A stretch of DNA of 64,000 nucleotides from Zygnema circumcarinatum SAG 698-1b (lineage: Eukaryota > Plantae > Zygnematophyceae), in assembly GCA_037447605.1 (NCBI GenBank), contig CM074820.1, positions 1,550,001 through 1,614,000 on the forward strand, given 5' to 3'. Position numbers and translations under genes: made by a program. How positions within the stretch are numbered: the first letter of the stretch is position 1; each line of letters starts with the position of its first letter. This document shows, one piece after another, positions 62,472 to 64,000 of this stretch. The notes under the pieces are model-generated. The model worked only from the letters and a program-made list of their open reading frames with translations. It searched no databases and had not been told where the DNA came from.

Positions 62472-63549
62472 ATGCGGGGGCGGGCTTTTTCCCGGAAGCT
62501 TCGTCCGTACCTCGCGCGGATCCTCCTCGGGCAGGCCGTCCTGCTGCTCCTTTTAGGGTTTGCATACGTGGCGTACCGCCTGAGCGGCCGGGGCCGCCAC
62601 GTGGCGTCCACGGAGGAGAGCCGCGTGGCGTGGGAGAAGGCGGAGGCCAATGCCGTGCGGCTGCGCGACGATCCGAGGGACGAGCGCGGGTGGATCGTCT
62701 CGCCGCTGCTGCAGGCGGAGCGGCACGGCCTCGCGGGTGGGGAGGGGTTCAGGAATTAGGGTTCAGGGTTTAGGGGTTGGGGGTTGGGGTTTAGGGTTTA
62801 GATTTTAGGGTTAGGCTTTAGGGTTTAGGGTTTAGGGGTGAAAGGCTAGGGCTTAGGGGCTAGGGGTTAGGGGGTTAAGTGTTAGGGGCTGAAGGGTGAG
62901 GGTTTAGGGTTTATGGGTGAAAGGTTAGGGGTTAGGGGCTAGGGGTTAGGGGGTTAAGTGTTAGGGGGTTAAGGGTTAGGGTTTAGGGTTTAGGGCTAAA
63001 AGTGATGGCTCAGGGTTTGGGACTGTTCGGGATTGGGTTGAGGGTTCTGGGATTGTTCAGATTGTAGAGATAGGTTTCAGGGCTTAGGGCTAGAATTCAG
63101 GGTTTAGGGTTCGGGAAGTTGTTTGGGCTTGACATTGGGGGCTGATGGTTGAGGGTATGGCCTTTTTGAGCTTGGGGTTGAGAATAGAGGGTTTTGCGGT
63201 ACAACGTTTGATGTTGGGGTTGTAAATTTGGGGTTTGAGTAGTAAGGTTAGGGATTGTTTAGGGTTACAATTAGGATAAGAGTTAGAGTTAAAGTGAGTA
63301 TAATGTTCTGGTTACAACTGATTATGTTCGGGTGCTGATGCTTATGTCATGCAGAGCGAGCATTGCTTCCTACCTATGCGTACTTTGCATGACTAAAACC
63401 CTGAGCTCCCGTGCTGCCACGTGGCAGGGGCGCAATCCTGCTTGGATGTGAGCGTGGGGACTGTCCTCCCGTTTCACACGCGCGCCAACCATCGCCATCA
63501 CAGCAAGAACGAGTCCTTCATTGTGTGGGGAGCTAAAGCATTGTGGCGC
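62472..63549 (+). CDS. Membrane-anchored RmlC-like cupin, paralogue B (first two exons; continues beyond the window)
   Basis: Signal anchor ILLGQAVLLLLLGFAYVAY; RGWIVSPLLQAERHGLA|GGAQSCLDVSVGTVLPFHTRANHRHHSKNESFIVWGAKALWR|gtatgt. Intron positions match paralogue A. Confidence 0.85.
62745..63290. repeat. Degenerate TTTAGGG/TTAGGGG telomere-like array filling cupin B intron 1
   Basis: Dense ttagggg, tttaggg and gggttcag variants decaying towards 63290. Confidence 0.85.
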
Positions 63550-63949
63550 GTATGTCCCCCCCTCTCCCTGTATCTCTTTCGAACTCCCTCCCCACTCCCC
63601 CTCCCCCTCCCTCCCTCCATCCCTCCCCTTCCCCTCCCCCTATCCCTCCCTCTCTCCCTCTCTCCTTCCCTCCCCCTTCCCTCCCGTTTCCACTACCCCT
63701 CCCTCTCTCCTTCCCGCCCCCTTACCTTCCCCTTCCCCTACCCCTTTTGCTCTCTTTCTCTCATTCCCTCCCCCTTCCCCTCCCCCTAACCCTCCCTCCC
63801 TCTCTCCTTCCCCACTCAGCTCCCCAACGCCCTTCCAATCTCACTCCCTAAACAAATCAAGCCCATGCCAAGAGCACCTATACTACACCACTCGTGTATG
63901 TCTGGGATGGCTATGGCCTGACATGGAGGCATGGGATGTACTCGGCGCG

Positions 63950-63989
<40 letters not shown>

Positions 63990-64000
63990 GGTCATGGGCA

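Overview
Eukaryotic, intron-rich genomic DNA with GC-rich exons and introns swollen by CT/GA microsatellites and telomere-like tracts. The gene content (EG16, URGT, plastid NFU2/3, AMP1, SelT, G8 protein) points to a streptophyte green alga; this is an inference, and the species cannot be determined from sequence alone. Most entries in the ORF track are shadows of low-complexity DNA, so the genes below were rebuilt by hand from GT/AG-bounded exons. Eleven protein-coding loci are supported: two convergent paralogous multi-domain GH16/EG16 genes (Pro-rich linker, catalytically dead GH16 domain, then EG16 domain; one also has a signal peptide and a DUF642/CBM-like domain), a Methyltransf_16 lysine methyltransferase, a conserved plant protein of unknown function, a G8/CEMIP-TMEM2-like protein with a bacterial-type C-terminal domain, a SelT homologue with CxxN in place of CxxC/U, an AMP1/GCPII carboxypeptidase, plastid NFU2/3, and a URGT-type UDP-Rha/UDP-Gal transporter flanked by two paralogous membrane-anchored RmlC/CapF-like cupins. 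Non-coding features include a TIR element with an 8-bp TSD, an inverted pair of Copia gag relics, a ~1.3 kb array of palindromic 17-mers, several interstitial telomere-like arrays, and a strong excess of the palindrome GCCACGTGGC, mostly within exons. Six 10-N gaps limit some gene models.
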